The notes under the pieces are model-generated. The model was not told where the DNA came from, did not search any database, and saw nothing but the letters and a program-made list of their open reading frames with translations. A stretch of 64,000 bases of DNA from Dehalococcoidia bacterium. GTDB lineage: Bacteria > Chloroflexota > Dehalococcoidia > Plut-88900. Location: NCBI GenBank assembly GCA_965249275.1, contig CBDFLQ010000007.1:128001-192000 (forward strand). The letters are read 5' to 3'. Shown here piece after piece: positions 39,270 to 48,939 of the stretch. Position 1 is the stretch's first letter. The number at the start of each line of letters is the position of its first letter. The translations under genes were made by a program, and so were the position numbers.

Positions 39270-40541
39270 TTATATCACCCCCGACTCTTTCATCGACTCG
39301 AATTCCTCATCCCCCAACCCCAACTCATCAACGAACACCTCACGATTGTGCTCCCCCACCCCCGGCGCCCGACGCCTGAACGAGATCGGGCACTCCGGCA
39401 TCGAGATGTACCGCCCCGCATATTTGAGAGGTTGGTCGTGGCACGGCGTATCTGCCTTCAGCCAGTACCCCCGGGCCCGTAGCTGTACGTCCCCCAGCAC
39501 GTCATCGATGGCATTGCATGGTGCCAATAGCACCTTTTCCTGGATCGACCTGTCGAAGAGTTCCTCTCGGGTCTTTGTCATGAAGAACCGGCGGATATAC
39601 TCCGTAACTGTGTTGATTTCCTGCTGCTCTTTCTCCCCCGGCACCGCCTCCTCATCCCATCCTCCCCACTTCTCCCAGTCCATTTCCTTCATTAGATCAG
39701 GGGCGAAGCCCTCTTCATCCATCCACCGCACCAACCCTTCCATACGGAACCCGTGCATCCCGCCCGCCAACGTGTAGCTCACGTATCCGTCCTTGCACGG
39801 AAAGATGGCCAAAACGTCCAGGTCGCCATTCTTGTTGTAGGCCCCGTTCCGCTCGACGTTGTACCCCTCCAGTTGCGGAAACTGGCTCGCATTCATCATC
39901 GTCCAGAACACCGACACCTGCGTAGAAACCTCAACTACCTGCCCCTCCCCGCCACTATGAGCTTTCCATAAAGCACACATCGACCCAACCGCCGCCTGCG
40001 CCCCTGCGTGGAGTTCCGCCTGCGGAAACGATATCCGAACGGGCGGACGGTCGGGTTCGCCGCTGATGTAGGCCATCCCACCCATCGCCCAGGAGACGAG
40101 GTCAGTCGCCTTGTACTTCGCATGTGGCCCCGACTCCCCAAACGGCGTCATCGACGCAACGACCAACCTGGGGTTGACCCTACTCAACTCCTCGTAACCC
40201 AGCCCCACCGACTCCATGTAGTCCAGCCCCCAGGACTGCACTAGGAAGTCCGTGTCGGCTGCCAACCTCTTCAGCAGATCTGCCCCTTCGGGCTTGGTGA
40301 TGTCCAAGGTGATTCCCCGCTTGTTGAAGCAGTACGTCTCCCAGTACCAGCTCCGGTCGGGCTGCTCTTGGCCCGGATATAGGGGCCAGTGGTAACGCGT
40401 TGGGCTTCCGCCCGGGGGCTCGACCTTTATCACGTCGGCTCCGAGGTCGGCCAGCACCTTCCCGCACCAGTTGTAGCCGCCCTCGGTCAGGTCCAGAGCC
40501 CTGTACAGCCCGAGAGCCATCGACTCCCTGTCAAATCCCAT
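39270..40541 (-). CDS. CaiB/BaiF family III CoA-transferase (partner subunit)
   Basis: LADLGADVIKVEPPGG, NKRGITLD, PFGESGP, APGVGEHN. Confidence 0.9.
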   Translation of the reverse strand: MGFDRESMALGLYRALDLTEGGYNWCGKVLADLGADVIKVEPPGGSPTRYHWPLYPGQEQPDRSWYWETYCFNKRGITLDITKPEGADLLKRLAADTDFLVQSWGLDYMESVGLGYEELSRVNPRLVVASMTPFGESGPHAKYKATDLVSWAMGGMAYISGEPDRPPVRISFPQAELHAGAQAAVGSMCALWKAHSGGEGQVVEVSTQVSVFWTMMNASQFPQLEGYNVERNGAYNKNGDLDVLAIFPCKDGYVSYTLAGGMHGFRMEGLVRWMDEEGFAPDLMKEMDWEKWGGWDEEAVPGEKEQQEINTVTEYIRRFFMTKTREELFDRSIQEKVLLAPCNAIDDVLGDVQLRARGYWLKADTPCHDQPLKYAGRYISMPECPISFRRRAPGVGEHNREVFVDELGLGDEEFESMKESGVI

Positions 40542-40696
40542 TCGCTTTCCGACACTCCAGCGTCCGATTTCGGCGGTTAGTATATACCCTATCCCACCCC
40601 TCATCCCGCCCACCCCTCGCCCTCCCTCCCCTTTCCCGCGACACGGGCCGAAGTTTCGCCGTGGCGTGAATCCATCCTCCAACCTCCCGTCATTCC

Positions 40697-41752
40697 TGTA
40701 GATGTCAGGTAATTCGTTGACAGAATTAGAGAGATTTAAGGGTTTGCAAAGGGGTCTTTCCGTCCATTGCCTGGTGGGGTCTCTGAGTATTGTAGTAGAT
40801 CAGGTATTGCTGAAGCTCGTCCTTCAGTTCCGAGACCGATTCGAAGGTTGTCCCCTCCAGCAGGTCCTCGTTCAAGGTTCTCCAGAACCGTTCTATCTTC
40901 CCGTTGGTCTGGGGCCTATAAGGGCGGGTGTAGCGGTGCTTTATGCCCAGTTCATTGAGCATGCGTTCCATAGGGTGGCCCTGGGTGTTCCTTGGGGAGG
41001 CCATCTCGGGGCCGTTGTCGGTGAGGATAGCCTCGAATTGGATGCCGTACTCCACGTTAAGGAAATTGATGGACTTCAGAGTAGCCAACATCACGGAGAG
41101 ACTCTTGATGTCTCCAACCACTTCGGCCCAGGCCAGACGGGTGAAGGCGTCGATGAGGGCCACGAGGTAGTAGCGGTGCTTAGTGCCCACGATGGTATCC
41201 CGGCTGAGGTAGTGGCTGTCCAGGTGGCCCAGCTCTCCTGCCCGGGTCTTGATGATCTTGCGCTTCGACTGCTGCATCGGCTTTGTGAGCCTATTGAAAC
41301 CGTGGCGTCTGGTGATGGCGTAGATGGTGGAGGGCTTAGGGGTGTTGTGTTTAAGGATGGGTTTGAGTATGGCATAGATCTCGTAACGGTTGGTACCGTT
41401 AAGGCGCTCGTTGATGACCTTCTGCTCAATGTAGGGCAGGGTGCGGCGGGACTTCCACCCGGGACCCCGCTTACGGGGGAGGAAGGCGTTGTCGGAGGGG
41501 GAGAGGAGGAACCGGTTGTAGTACTTGGCGAAGGTCTGACGGCTAGTGCCGTGGAAGGAGTAGAAGTCCTGGGCGAAGCGGAAACGGGGATGCTTCCCTG
41601 CCTTGACCAGTTGATACTCATGGATGAGGAACCGCCACTTCTGAATGTAGTTCCGTTCAAGGGTGAGGTCCTTGCTATTGTCTCGCATTCTCGCCTCCAG
41701 ATTGGTGTTGGCCTCTTATACCAATCTGTCAACGAATTACCTAACACTTACA
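40697..41752 (-). mobile_element. IS481 family element
   Basis: 28-bp TIRs TGTAGATGTCAGGTAATTCGTTGACAGA / TGTAAGTGTTAGGTAATTCGTTGACAGA; 5-bp direct repeat ATTCC on both sides. Confidence 0.9.
40726..41688 (-). CDS. IS481 family DDE transposase
   Basis: GHLD, TDNGPE, PQTNGKIER, YNTQRPH...TP (rve core). Confidence 0.92.
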   Translation of the reverse strand: MRDNSKDLTLERNYIQKWRFLIHEYQLVKAGKHPRFRFAQDFYSFHGTSRQTFAKYYNRFLLSPSDNAFLPRKRGPGWKSRRTLPYIEQKVINERLNGTNRYEIYAILKPILKHNTPKPSTIYAITRRHGFNRLTKPMQQSKRKIIKTRAGELGHLDSHYLSRDTIVGTKHRYYLVALIDAFTRLAWAEVVGDIKSLSVMLATLKSINFLNVEYGIQFEAILTDNGPEMASPRNTQGHPMERMLNELGIKHRYTRPYRPQTNGKIERFWRTLNEDLLEGTTFESVSELKDELQQYLIYYNTQRPHQAMDGKTPLQTLKSL

Positions 41753-41951
41753 ATTCCCGTGCCTCGACACGGGAATCCATTCCCCTGGAGGGGCCGCTCA
41801 CCCTGAGCAGAGTCGAAGGGTCGAGCGGGGGGTGGCCCTGCAACGCCAATCCGTCATGGTTTCTCGACGCCACTCCTCCCGATACCCCTCAGCCCACCCC
41901 TCCCCATGTTATATACTCTCCTACACAACCCCCAACAGGAGACCCCCGACT

Positions 41952-42683
41952 ATGCCTGAACAACCCGCCAAGCTCCTTCCCCTCCCCGAAAACTGGAACC
42001 GCGCCCTGGCCATCGCCGCCCACCCCGACGACCTCGAATACGGCGCTGCCAGCGCCATCGCCCGCTGGACTTCTCAGGGCAAGGAGGTCGGCTACCTCAT
42101 GGTCACCAAGGGCGAGGCGGGCATCGATTCCATGCACCCCGAAGAGACCGCTCGTCTCCGCATGCAGGAGGAGATCAACAGCGCCCGAGTCGTCGGCGTA
42201 AACTACGTCGAATTCCTGGGATTCACCGATGGCGTTGTCGAGTATGGCCTCCCCCTCCGCCGCGCCATCACCCGAGAAATAAGAAAGTTCAAGCCCGACG
42301 TCATCATCAGCGGCAACTACGACCTGTTTTTTCCCGGCGGCCATTTCAACTTTGCCGACCACCGAGCTGTTGGCGTCGCCGTCCTGGACGCCGCCCGGGA
42401 CGCCGACAACCGTTGGATCTTCCCCGAACTCCTTGAAGAAGGCCACGAGCCATGGCATGGCATAAAGCACATCTTCATTGCCTCCCCCCCCGTCACCACT
42501 CATTACGTCGACGTGACAGATTCCATAGACAAGGGCATTGCGTCCCTTGAGGAACACAAAGTCTACATCGACAATCTCTCCCAGGACTTCAACCCGGAAG
42601 ATTTCCTCAGCTTCGGCGCCGCCGCCACCGGTATGCAAGCCGGCTGCGACTACGCCATCGGCTTCGGCTTCATGGACTTTTAA
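41952..42683 (+). CDS. PIG-L family deacetylase
   Basis: AHPDDLE, TKGEAG, DG, DHR. Confidence 0.9.
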   Translation: MPEQPAKLLPLPENWNRALAIAAHPDDLEYGAASAIARWTSQGKEVGYLMVTKGEAGIDSMHPEETARLRMQEEINSARVVGVNYVEFLGFTDGVVEYGLPLRRAITREIRKFKPDVIISGNYDLFFPGGHFNFADHRAVGVAVLDAARDADNRWIFPELLEEGHEPWHGIKHIFIASPPVTTHYVDVTDSIDKGIASLEEHKVYIDNLSQDFNPEDFLSFGAAATGMQAGCDYAIGFGFMDF

Positions 42684-42704
42684 CCCACCATAAATTGTCA
42701 TCCC

Positions 42705-43025
42705 GCCCCCCCACAAGGAATCCGGGGCAGGGCATTCCACTCGCCCTGAGGCTCTCGAAGGGTCTCAATGACGGAATGGTGGGTGGCCCTTCCTACCCCA
42801 CCCACCCACACCCTTGTCGTGTCATCCCGAGGCTCCGCGAGGGATCTAAGGCGTAGGCCCACCTTTTCAGCGATTACTTGAATGCTCCCGGTGGCCGAGA
42901 CGCACCGCCCTCTCCCGTCATCCCACCCTCCCGAGCCGGTCGAAGATGCTGCAAGTGCTCATTTGGCGTGCGCCGAGGCGTGAATCCATCCCACCCCCAT
43001 CCTCTTCCCCGTAGGGGCAGGTCTC
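42705..43025. repeat. REP mosaic with a nested 43-bp insertion
   Basis: Several REP types; doubly nested insertion at 42939-42981. Confidence 0.7.
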
Positions 43026-44703
43026 GGAGTCTGTTTCATAAGTTATAGGCATATGGAGTAGGCTATGGTGGACAAGGTAGACAGCGTCATAAGGAGGTGA
43101 CTGGGGATGCCACATCGACCGATGAACCGGGAACAGGTATGGATGTTGCCGCCGAGTCTCGACGAGATGCTGGGGGCCGGTCATTCTGCTCGATTTGTTG
43201 CTGAGTTCGTCGATGCCTTGGATGGAGAGGGCTGGGCAGGGATTGGGATTGATAGAGACGGGGAGGCGATGGGAGCGCCGGCCTACCATCCCCGTGCGCT
43301 GTTGGGTGTGTGGCTGTACGGCTTCATGACCGGTGTGCGATCGAGCCGCAAGCTGGAGGCGGCCTGCTGCGACCAGATACCGTACCTTTGGCTGACGGGC
43401 TGCCAGCGCCCGGACCACGTGACGTTGTGGCGGTTTTACAGCTCGCATCGGGATGGTATGAGGAAGCTGCTCAAGCGGACGGTGCAGACGGCGGTTAATA
43501 TGGACCTGGTGGAGATGGCGGTGCAGGCGGTGGACGGGACGAAGATTAGAGCGAATGCGGCAAAGGACCGGACCTACGACGCCGCTGGGTTGCGCCGTCT
43601 GTTGGGCCGTTTGGAAGGTGCGATAGACGAGTTGGAAGCGCAGAACGAGGCTGGGGAGGAGTCGGCTATCGGCCATCTGCCGGAGAGGTTGCAAGACCGC
43701 AAGGCATTGCGTGAGCGGGTGCGTGAGACGGTGCACAGACTTGCCGATCGGGATGGGCAAAAGCAGATCAACCTGACCGATCAGGACGCCCGGATGATGA
43801 AGACGCGACAGGGTTATGCGGTGGCCTACAACGCCCAGGCGATGGTCTCTACGGTAGCAGCGGCTGAGGGTAAAGCGCCCGGCATGCTGATCACGGCAGT
43901 TGATGTGGTGAACGACATATCCGACAGACGGCAACTGGGTGCGATGATGGAGAAGGCTGAGGAGACGTTGGGACAAAGGACGGAGATGACGTTGGCGGAT
44001 GCGGGCTATCACTCCGGGAACAATCTACAGGAGTGCGCCCTAAGAGGCCAACGGGTGGTGATGCCTGAGTCGCAGGACCGGGCGCTGCAGAGCCCGTATC
44101 ACAAAGACCGTTTCACCTACGACGAGGCGAGCGACAGCTACCGTTGCCCCGAGGGCCGGTTGCTGCGCTTCACTCGCACCAAGCGCACTCGCAACACAGC
44201 AATGCGGCTCTACCGGGCATCAGGGGCCGTGTGCCGGGCCTGCCCGGCCTTCGGGGTCTGTACGAAAGACAAGCGTCATGGGCGTGCCCTGGAGATCGGT
44301 TCCCACGACGCTGCGTTGCGTCGACACCGGGCCTGGATGTCCACCGAAGAAGCCAAGGGTGCGTATAAACAGAGAATGCAACTGGTAGAACCGGTCTTCG
44401 GTATCATCAAGGAGCAACAGCAAGCCCACAGGTTCCTGTTGCGTGGCTTAACCAACGTCTCGGCTGAATGGAGCCTGCTCGCCACAGCCTTCAACTTGCG
44501 CACCCTGTGGAGGATACGGCGAGCCGCAGCTACCTGGACAAAGCATTGGGTAGCCGAGGGCGCATACTCGGCCTATCGGGCGCTTCGGACGGCAATCGTG
44601 GGCACACTCAGCCCCCTGCTTCGATTAATGCGGCTCCGCCATCAGCCAGCCCGACCAAGCCAACTCCCCACGTCAAGCACAACCTACATCTGAAACAGAC
44701 TCC
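43026..44703 (+). mobile_element. IS1182 family element
   Basis: 13-bp TIR GGAGTCTGTTTCA / TGAAACAGACTCC; no clear target duplication. Confidence 0.85.
43107..44693 (+). CDS. IS1182 family transposase
   Basis: YHPRALL, SSRKLE, PDHVT, VDGTKIRANA, TDQDAR, YNAQ, ADAGY, VEPVFG; stop codon lies inside the TIR. Confidence 0.92.
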   Translation: MPHRPMNREQVWMLPPSLDEMLGAGHSARFVAEFVDALDGEGWAGIGIDRDGEAMGAPAYHPRALLGVWLYGFMTGVRSSRKLEAACCDQIPYLWLTGCQRPDHVTLWRFYSSHRDGMRKLLKRTVQTAVNMDLVEMAVQAVDGTKIRANAAKDRTYDAAGLRRLLGRLEGAIDELEAQNEAGEESAIGHLPERLQDRKALRERVRETVHRLADRDGQKQINLTDQDARMMKTRQGYAVAYNAQAMVSTVAAAEGKAPGMLITAVDVVNDISDRRQLGAMMEKAEETLGQRTEMTLADAGYHSGNNLQECALRGQRVVMPESQDRALQSPYHKDRFTYDEASDSYRCPEGRLLRFTRTKRTRNTAMRLYRASGAVCRACPAFGVCTKDKRHGRALEIGSHDAALRRHRAWMSTEEAKGAYKQRMQLVEPVFGIIKEQQQAHRFLLRGLTNVSAEWSLLATAFNLRTLWRIRRAAATWTKHWVAEGAYSAYRALRTAIVGTLSPLLRLMRLRHQPARPSQLPTSSTTYI

Positions 44704-44864
44704 CCGTGCCTGCCCAGTCCCCACGCCCGCACACCTTGACCCGCAGAACACTGAATGCGGTAACCTCCGGGCCTGTCCGTCCCCTCTCCCTTAAAGGCCC
44801 AAAGGCGTCGTAGACCCGCCTTTAGCGGAAGAGGGGGCCAGGGGGAGAGGGTTCCCTATCCGCT

Positions 44865-45779
44865 CTACAACTTCGACAAATACTGATCGAAAATATCCAC
44901 ACCCACGAACCCGCTGTACGCCCTCTCCAGCCTCTGTGTCACGGGGCCCGGTATCCGACCATCCGCAATCGGCGCACCATTCACACTCGACACCGGGCAG
45001 ATGCACAGGCTAGTTGACGTAATGAACACTTCGTCCGCATTGTAGGCGTCAAACATGTCCAAGTCAGTCTCCACCGTCTCGATATCCATCTCCCGAGCCA
45101 GGTCAAGCACCGTCTGCCTGCTGATCCCTTCCAACGTGAACCGGTCGATGGGAGTATGAATCGCGCCGTCCTTCACCAGGAAGATGTTGCTGCCCGCTCC
45201 CTCGGCCAGGTTTCCGCTGACATCCAGCAGCACTGCCCATGCCTCCGAGTCCTGCGCCTTGACCTCCAGGTCAGCCAGCACCATGTTCACGTAGTTGTGC
45301 GTCTTCGCGCGAGGACTCATCGACGAAGGGGGCGTCCGACGCACCGATGGCGTGATCACCCGGATTCCGTCCCGGTAAAGATTGGCCCTCTGTTTGAAGG
45401 GGATCGGGTCCGTCTGGATAATAACCGTGGCCCCTCCGGCCTCTTTCGGGTTGTGCGACGGCGGATCGACTCCCCGAGTCACCCGCTGGATCACCCAGTA
45501 GTCCGCCCCCTCTTCCAGCAGAGGCAGGTTCGCATTGACTACCTCGTGGGTCAGTTCCGCCATCCTGTCCTTGCTCATTCCCGGGTCGAGCCTCAGGTAC
45601 TTGCAAGACCTGTACAGCCTGTCCAGGTGCTCCCGCACCTTGAATACCTGCCCGTTGAACGTCCGGGTGTTGTCGAACACCGCGTCGCCCATCTTGAAGC
45701 CCCGGTCCTGAATCGAGACCTTTGCCTCGCTCTCGGGAACAATCTCTCCGTTAATATAAACAACTCGTTCCTTCGTCAA
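44865..45779 (-). CDS. Class IV aminotransferase
   Basis: VYINGEIV, DRGFKMGD, HLDRL, AKTHNY, EGAGSN, LEGISR; start taken at TTG 45779. Confidence 0.9.
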   Translation of the reverse strand: MTKERVVYINGEIVPESEAKVSIQDRGFKMGDAVFDNTRTFNGQVFKVREHLDRLYRSCKYLRLDPGMSKDRMAELTHEVVNANLPLLEEGADYWVIQRVTRGVDPPSHNPKEAGGATVIIQTDPIPFKQRANLYRDGIRVITPSVRRTPPSSMSPRAKTHNYVNMVLADLEVKAQDSEAWAVLLDVSGNLAEGAGSNIFLVKDGAIHTPIDRFTLEGISRQTVLDLAREMDIETVETDLDMFDAYNADEVFITSTSLCICPVSSVNGAPIADGRIPGPVTQRLERAYSGFVGVDIFDQYLSKL

Positions 45780-45844
45780 CTTCGATTCCTTTCCTGCCTT
45801 GTCATTTTCTCCCTCCGACACTCTTATACCAACTGGTGCTGGAC

Positions 45845-46035
45845 GGGCCGGGGCCGCTCGTGCTGAGCCCGTCGAAGTATGAGCGGGGCGGGGGCCAATC
45901 CCCTCTCCCTCGGCGGAAACTTTGTACAACTGTCATTCCGAGGCCCCGCGAGGAATCTGGGGCTGGGTCCCATCCCCTCTCCCTTGACGGGAGTCGTAGA
46001 TGCGCCGAGGCGTGAGGGCTAGGGCTAGGGTGAAC
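45845..46035. repeat. REP mosaic with a 21-bp insertion
   Basis: Three REP types; insertion at 45993-46013. Confidence 0.7.
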
Positions 46036-46042
46036 TTCTCCC

Positions 46043-47074
46043 CTAAACCGTCACCTCCGCCGCCCGAAGCGCGGGCATTACCTCTTTCGCAAACATCTCC
46101 ATCGACGCCATCGCCTTGTCAGTCTCCAGCGCCCCGATGTCAAACTGGCAAAGCAGCGTGGTCACGTTCGCCTCGTCCCTGAATGCCCGAATCTTCCGCA
46201 AGCACTCCTCCGGCGTCCCCAGCATTAGCGTCGTCTCCAGCAACTCCTCGGCGGATGGTTCGTCGGGTAGCCGGTCAGAGTACGCCCGACCGTCGATAAT
46301 CCTTTCCCTCCCCGCCCGGAGCGACCCCGCTGTCCTGCGGACATACATCCCGTTTTCGAACTGCGCCGCCACCTCCTCGGGATCGTGGGAGACGTAGGTG
46401 TGCCGCAGGATCGTGAACTCCCTTGGCCCCCAGCCGTTGGCGTCGAGACCCTCCCGGAATATCCGGTTGTTGTTCTTCAGGTTGTCCATCGCCCCCGAGC
46501 AGATCGTGTGATAGCCCCGCTCCCCACTCAACTCCATGCTTGTCGGGCTGCTCCCCGCGTGCCAGAAGGGTGGATGGGGTTGCTGCAGGGGCCGGGGAAA
46601 CGTCCATGTCTTCGGAAACTGGTAGTGCTTCCCTTCGTGGGCAACGCCGTTTTCCGAAAGGCACCGGGTCACGATCTCCATGTACTCGTTGAACCGCTCG
46701 AAGTTCTCCTCGATAGGCACCCCGAACCGGTTGAATTCGTAGGGCTGATAACCTCTGCCAACCCCCAGGTCGAGTCGTCCATCCGTCAGCTGGTCCGCCA
46801 TCCCGATCTCCTCGGCCAGCCTGAGCGGGTTGTAGAAGGGCACCACCATCACCCCAATGCCGATACGGGCTTTCTTGGTGCGTTCCGCCAGCTTCACGGC
46901 CATCAGTAGTGGGTTGGGGCAGTAGCCGTAGCTGGAAAAGTGGTGCTCAGCCAGCCACACCGAGTCGAAGCCCAACTGGTCCGCAAATGCAGCCATCTCT
47001 ACAGTGCGGCCGTACACGTCTTCTGCTGGCTTCATCTCAGGAGACTGGTTCAAAAAGAAGGCCCCGAATTTCAT
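46043..47074 (-). CDS. LLM class flavin-dependent oxidoreductase
   Basis: WLAEHHF, NPLRLAEE, GRLDLGVGRGY, PRPLQQPHPP. Confidence 0.92.
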   Translation of the reverse strand: MKFGAFFLNQSPEMKPAEDVYGRTVEMAAFADQLGFDSVWLAEHHFSSYGYCPNPLLMAVKLAERTKKARIGIGVMVVPFYNPLRLAEEIGMADQLTDGRLDLGVGRGYQPYEFNRFGVPIEENFERFNEYMEIVTRCLSENGVAHEGKHYQFPKTWTFPRPLQQPHPPFWHAGSSPTSMELSGERGYHTICSGAMDNLKNNNRIFREGLDANGWGPREFTILRHTYVSHDPEEVAAQFENGMYVRRTAGSLRAGRERIIDGRAYSDRLPDEPSAEELLETTLMLGTPEECLRKIRAFRDEANVTTLLCQFDIGALETDKAMASMEMFAKEVMPALRAAEVTV

Positions 47075-47236
47075 ACATATTCTCCTTACGGCTTATCTGC
47101 GCTGGAACGCCAAACATTATAGTCATCCCCCTCTCCCCCTGTCGATTAGACATCCCCCTCCCCCTTTCCATAAGACCCTTGCATAACCCCAATGCCGGAC
47201 GGTGTCGGGAAGACTTATCCCCTCTCCCTTGATGGG

Positions 47237-47287
47237 TGTACAGACCGGGGACATGGGTTACAGTTGTTCGGGGAGATAGGTAACACA
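47237..47287. mobile_element. Isolated IS481-type end remnant
   Basis: TGTACAGACCGGGGACATGGGTTACA followed by the internal repeat CGGGGAGATAGGTAACA; it truncates a CCCTCTCCCTTGATGGG REP. Confidence 0.55.
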
Positions 47288-47300
47288 TTCTATCGACTTA

Positions 47301-48498
47301 GGGAAGCTCTGAACAACTCACTGTAAACCAGCTTAGGTTGTCTTGCATGGAGTTTTGGGGAGAGGTTGGGTCGTAATGTTGCGTCTCGGTGGCTTATTTG
47401 CATCCTATGTTCTGGCCTGTCAGGGCATCCAGTCACCATCGACCCGGATTTGACCACACTGCTCCTCCGTCACACCGCTAAGTGGCGCTCGGCCCTTACC
47501 AAGTTGGCCAGCCCCAGCAGCATCGCCACCCGTTGCGTGTTCTTGTACAAGCCCCTGTAGCGGACCTTGGCGTAGCCGAAGTGCCGTTTCACGTACAGGA
47601 ACGGATGCTCCACCTTAGCCCTGATGGATGATTTGCTCTTCTCCGCTAAGGCCTCGCAGCTCCCCGCCCTCAGTTTCCGACGCCGTCCAGGTCTCATCGC
47701 CACCCGCCACTCCACATCCATATCCCGATTCTCCGCCCGCTTCTCCACTCCCTGATATCCCGCATCTCCCCACACTCGCCTCTCCCCTCCATGCAGCAGC
47801 CGGTGCGCCTCCGTCACGTCATGCACGTTCGCAGCTGTCGTACTCATACTGTGCACCACCCCCGTGTCAGCGTCTGCACCAATGTGCACTTTCATACCGA
47901 AGTGCCACTCCTTCCCCTTCTTCACTTGGTGCATATCGGGGTCTCGCTCTCCAGCACGGTTCTTCGTAGACGCCGGCGCCTCGATGATGCTCGCATCCAC
48001 AATCGTACCCTCCCTGAGCCTCAGTCCCCGAGACTCCAGATGACGGTTGATCTCCTCGAACAGCCCCCGACCCAACTCCTGCTCTTCCAGCAGATGGCGG
48101 AAGTTCAGTATCGTAGTCTCGTCAGGCAAGGGGCCGGACAGCCTCAGACCTGCGAACCGCCTCACCGACTCCACCTCGTAGAGCATGTCCTCCATGCCCG
48201 GATCGCTCAGGTTGTAGAACAGCTGCACGCAGTGTATCCGCAGCATCACCGACAACTCGTAGGGCCTCCGTCCACGGCCCGCCCTGGAATAGTAGGGCCG
48301 GATTCGCTCCTCTAACTTTCCCCATGGAACCAGGTCCTCCATCCGCTCCAGAAATATCTCCCGGCGGGTCTTTCGCTTCTTGCCCTCGTATTCCAAGTCT
48401 GCAAATGTCGGCTGCTCCATCAAATCTCACCTCAGCTTTGGCCTTACTCTCCCTATCTTACCTATTACCTATGCCCTTAGACTTGTTCAGAGGTTTCC
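47301..48498 (-). mobile_element. IS5 family element
   Basis: 16-bp TIR GGGAAGCTCTGAACAA / GGAAACCTCTGAACAA; flanks TTAG and CTAG. Confidence 0.88.
47470..48420 (-). CDS. IS5 family transposase
   Basis: LSDPGMED, PDETTILNFR, VDASII, FGMKVHIG, GDAGY, RAKVEHPF. Confidence 0.93.
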   Translation of the reverse strand: MEQPTFADLEYEGKKRKTRREIFLERMEDLVPWGKLEERIRPYYSRAGRGRRPYELSVMLRIHCVQLFYNLSDPGMEDMLYEVESVRRFAGLRLSGPLPDETTILNFRHLLEEQELGRGLFEEINRHLESRGLRLREGTIVDASIIEAPASTKNRAGERDPDMHQVKKGKEWHFGMKVHIGADADTGVVHSMSTTAANVHDVTEAHRLLHGGERRVWGDAGYQGVEKRAENRDMDVEWRVAMRPGRRRKLRAGSCEALAEKSKSSIRAKVEHPFLYVKRHFGYAKVRYRGLYKNTQRVAMLLGLANLVRAERHLAV

Positions 48499-48915
48499 TA
48501 GATTCCTCGCGGGGCATCGGAATGACAGGGTTAAGGGGGTTGGAGTGGGGGAGGGGCGGACGCGACGGATCGGCAATGCGTGGACTGCCCCCGCTCGACC
48601 CTTCGACGGAGCTCAGGGTGAGCGGCCCTTCCCCAAGGATGGATTCACGCCTCGGCGCATCTTTGACCGGCTCTCTCGGCAGTCGGAATGGCGGAGGGGG
48701 AGGGAGTCCCGGCTCGGCGGGGGGGTGCGCCTTCAGGAGGGATGGATTCACGCCTTGGCGCATCTGCGACCTGCCTCCGCAGGAAAGACGGATGAGGGGT
48801 GGCAGTGTGGGGCGGTCCCCGCTCGCCCTTCGACCCGCCTCAGCGGACTTACAGCAAGCTCAGGGTGAGCGGCCCCTCACAGGGATGGATTCCGTCTCGG
48901 GGGCCGGAATGACGA
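48499..48915. repeat. REP mosaic with three 21-bp insertions
   Basis: Insertions at 48647-48667, 48750-48770 and 48835-48855; an uninserted unit at about 48887-48914. Confidence 0.75.
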
Positions 48916-48939
48916 GGTTGGAGAGGGAGGCGCGCTGGG

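Noticed and set aside
40702-42201. 499-aa plus-strand ORF
   Set aside because: Antisense shadow of the IS481 transposase running into REP DNA; no recognisable motifs.
42918-44012. 364-aa minus-strand ORF
   Set aside because: Antisense shadow of the IS1182 transposase.
47170-48530. oriC at the skew switch
   Set aside because: No dnaA/dnaN, DnaA-box cluster or AT-rich unwinding element is visible; the junction is occupied by IS DNA.
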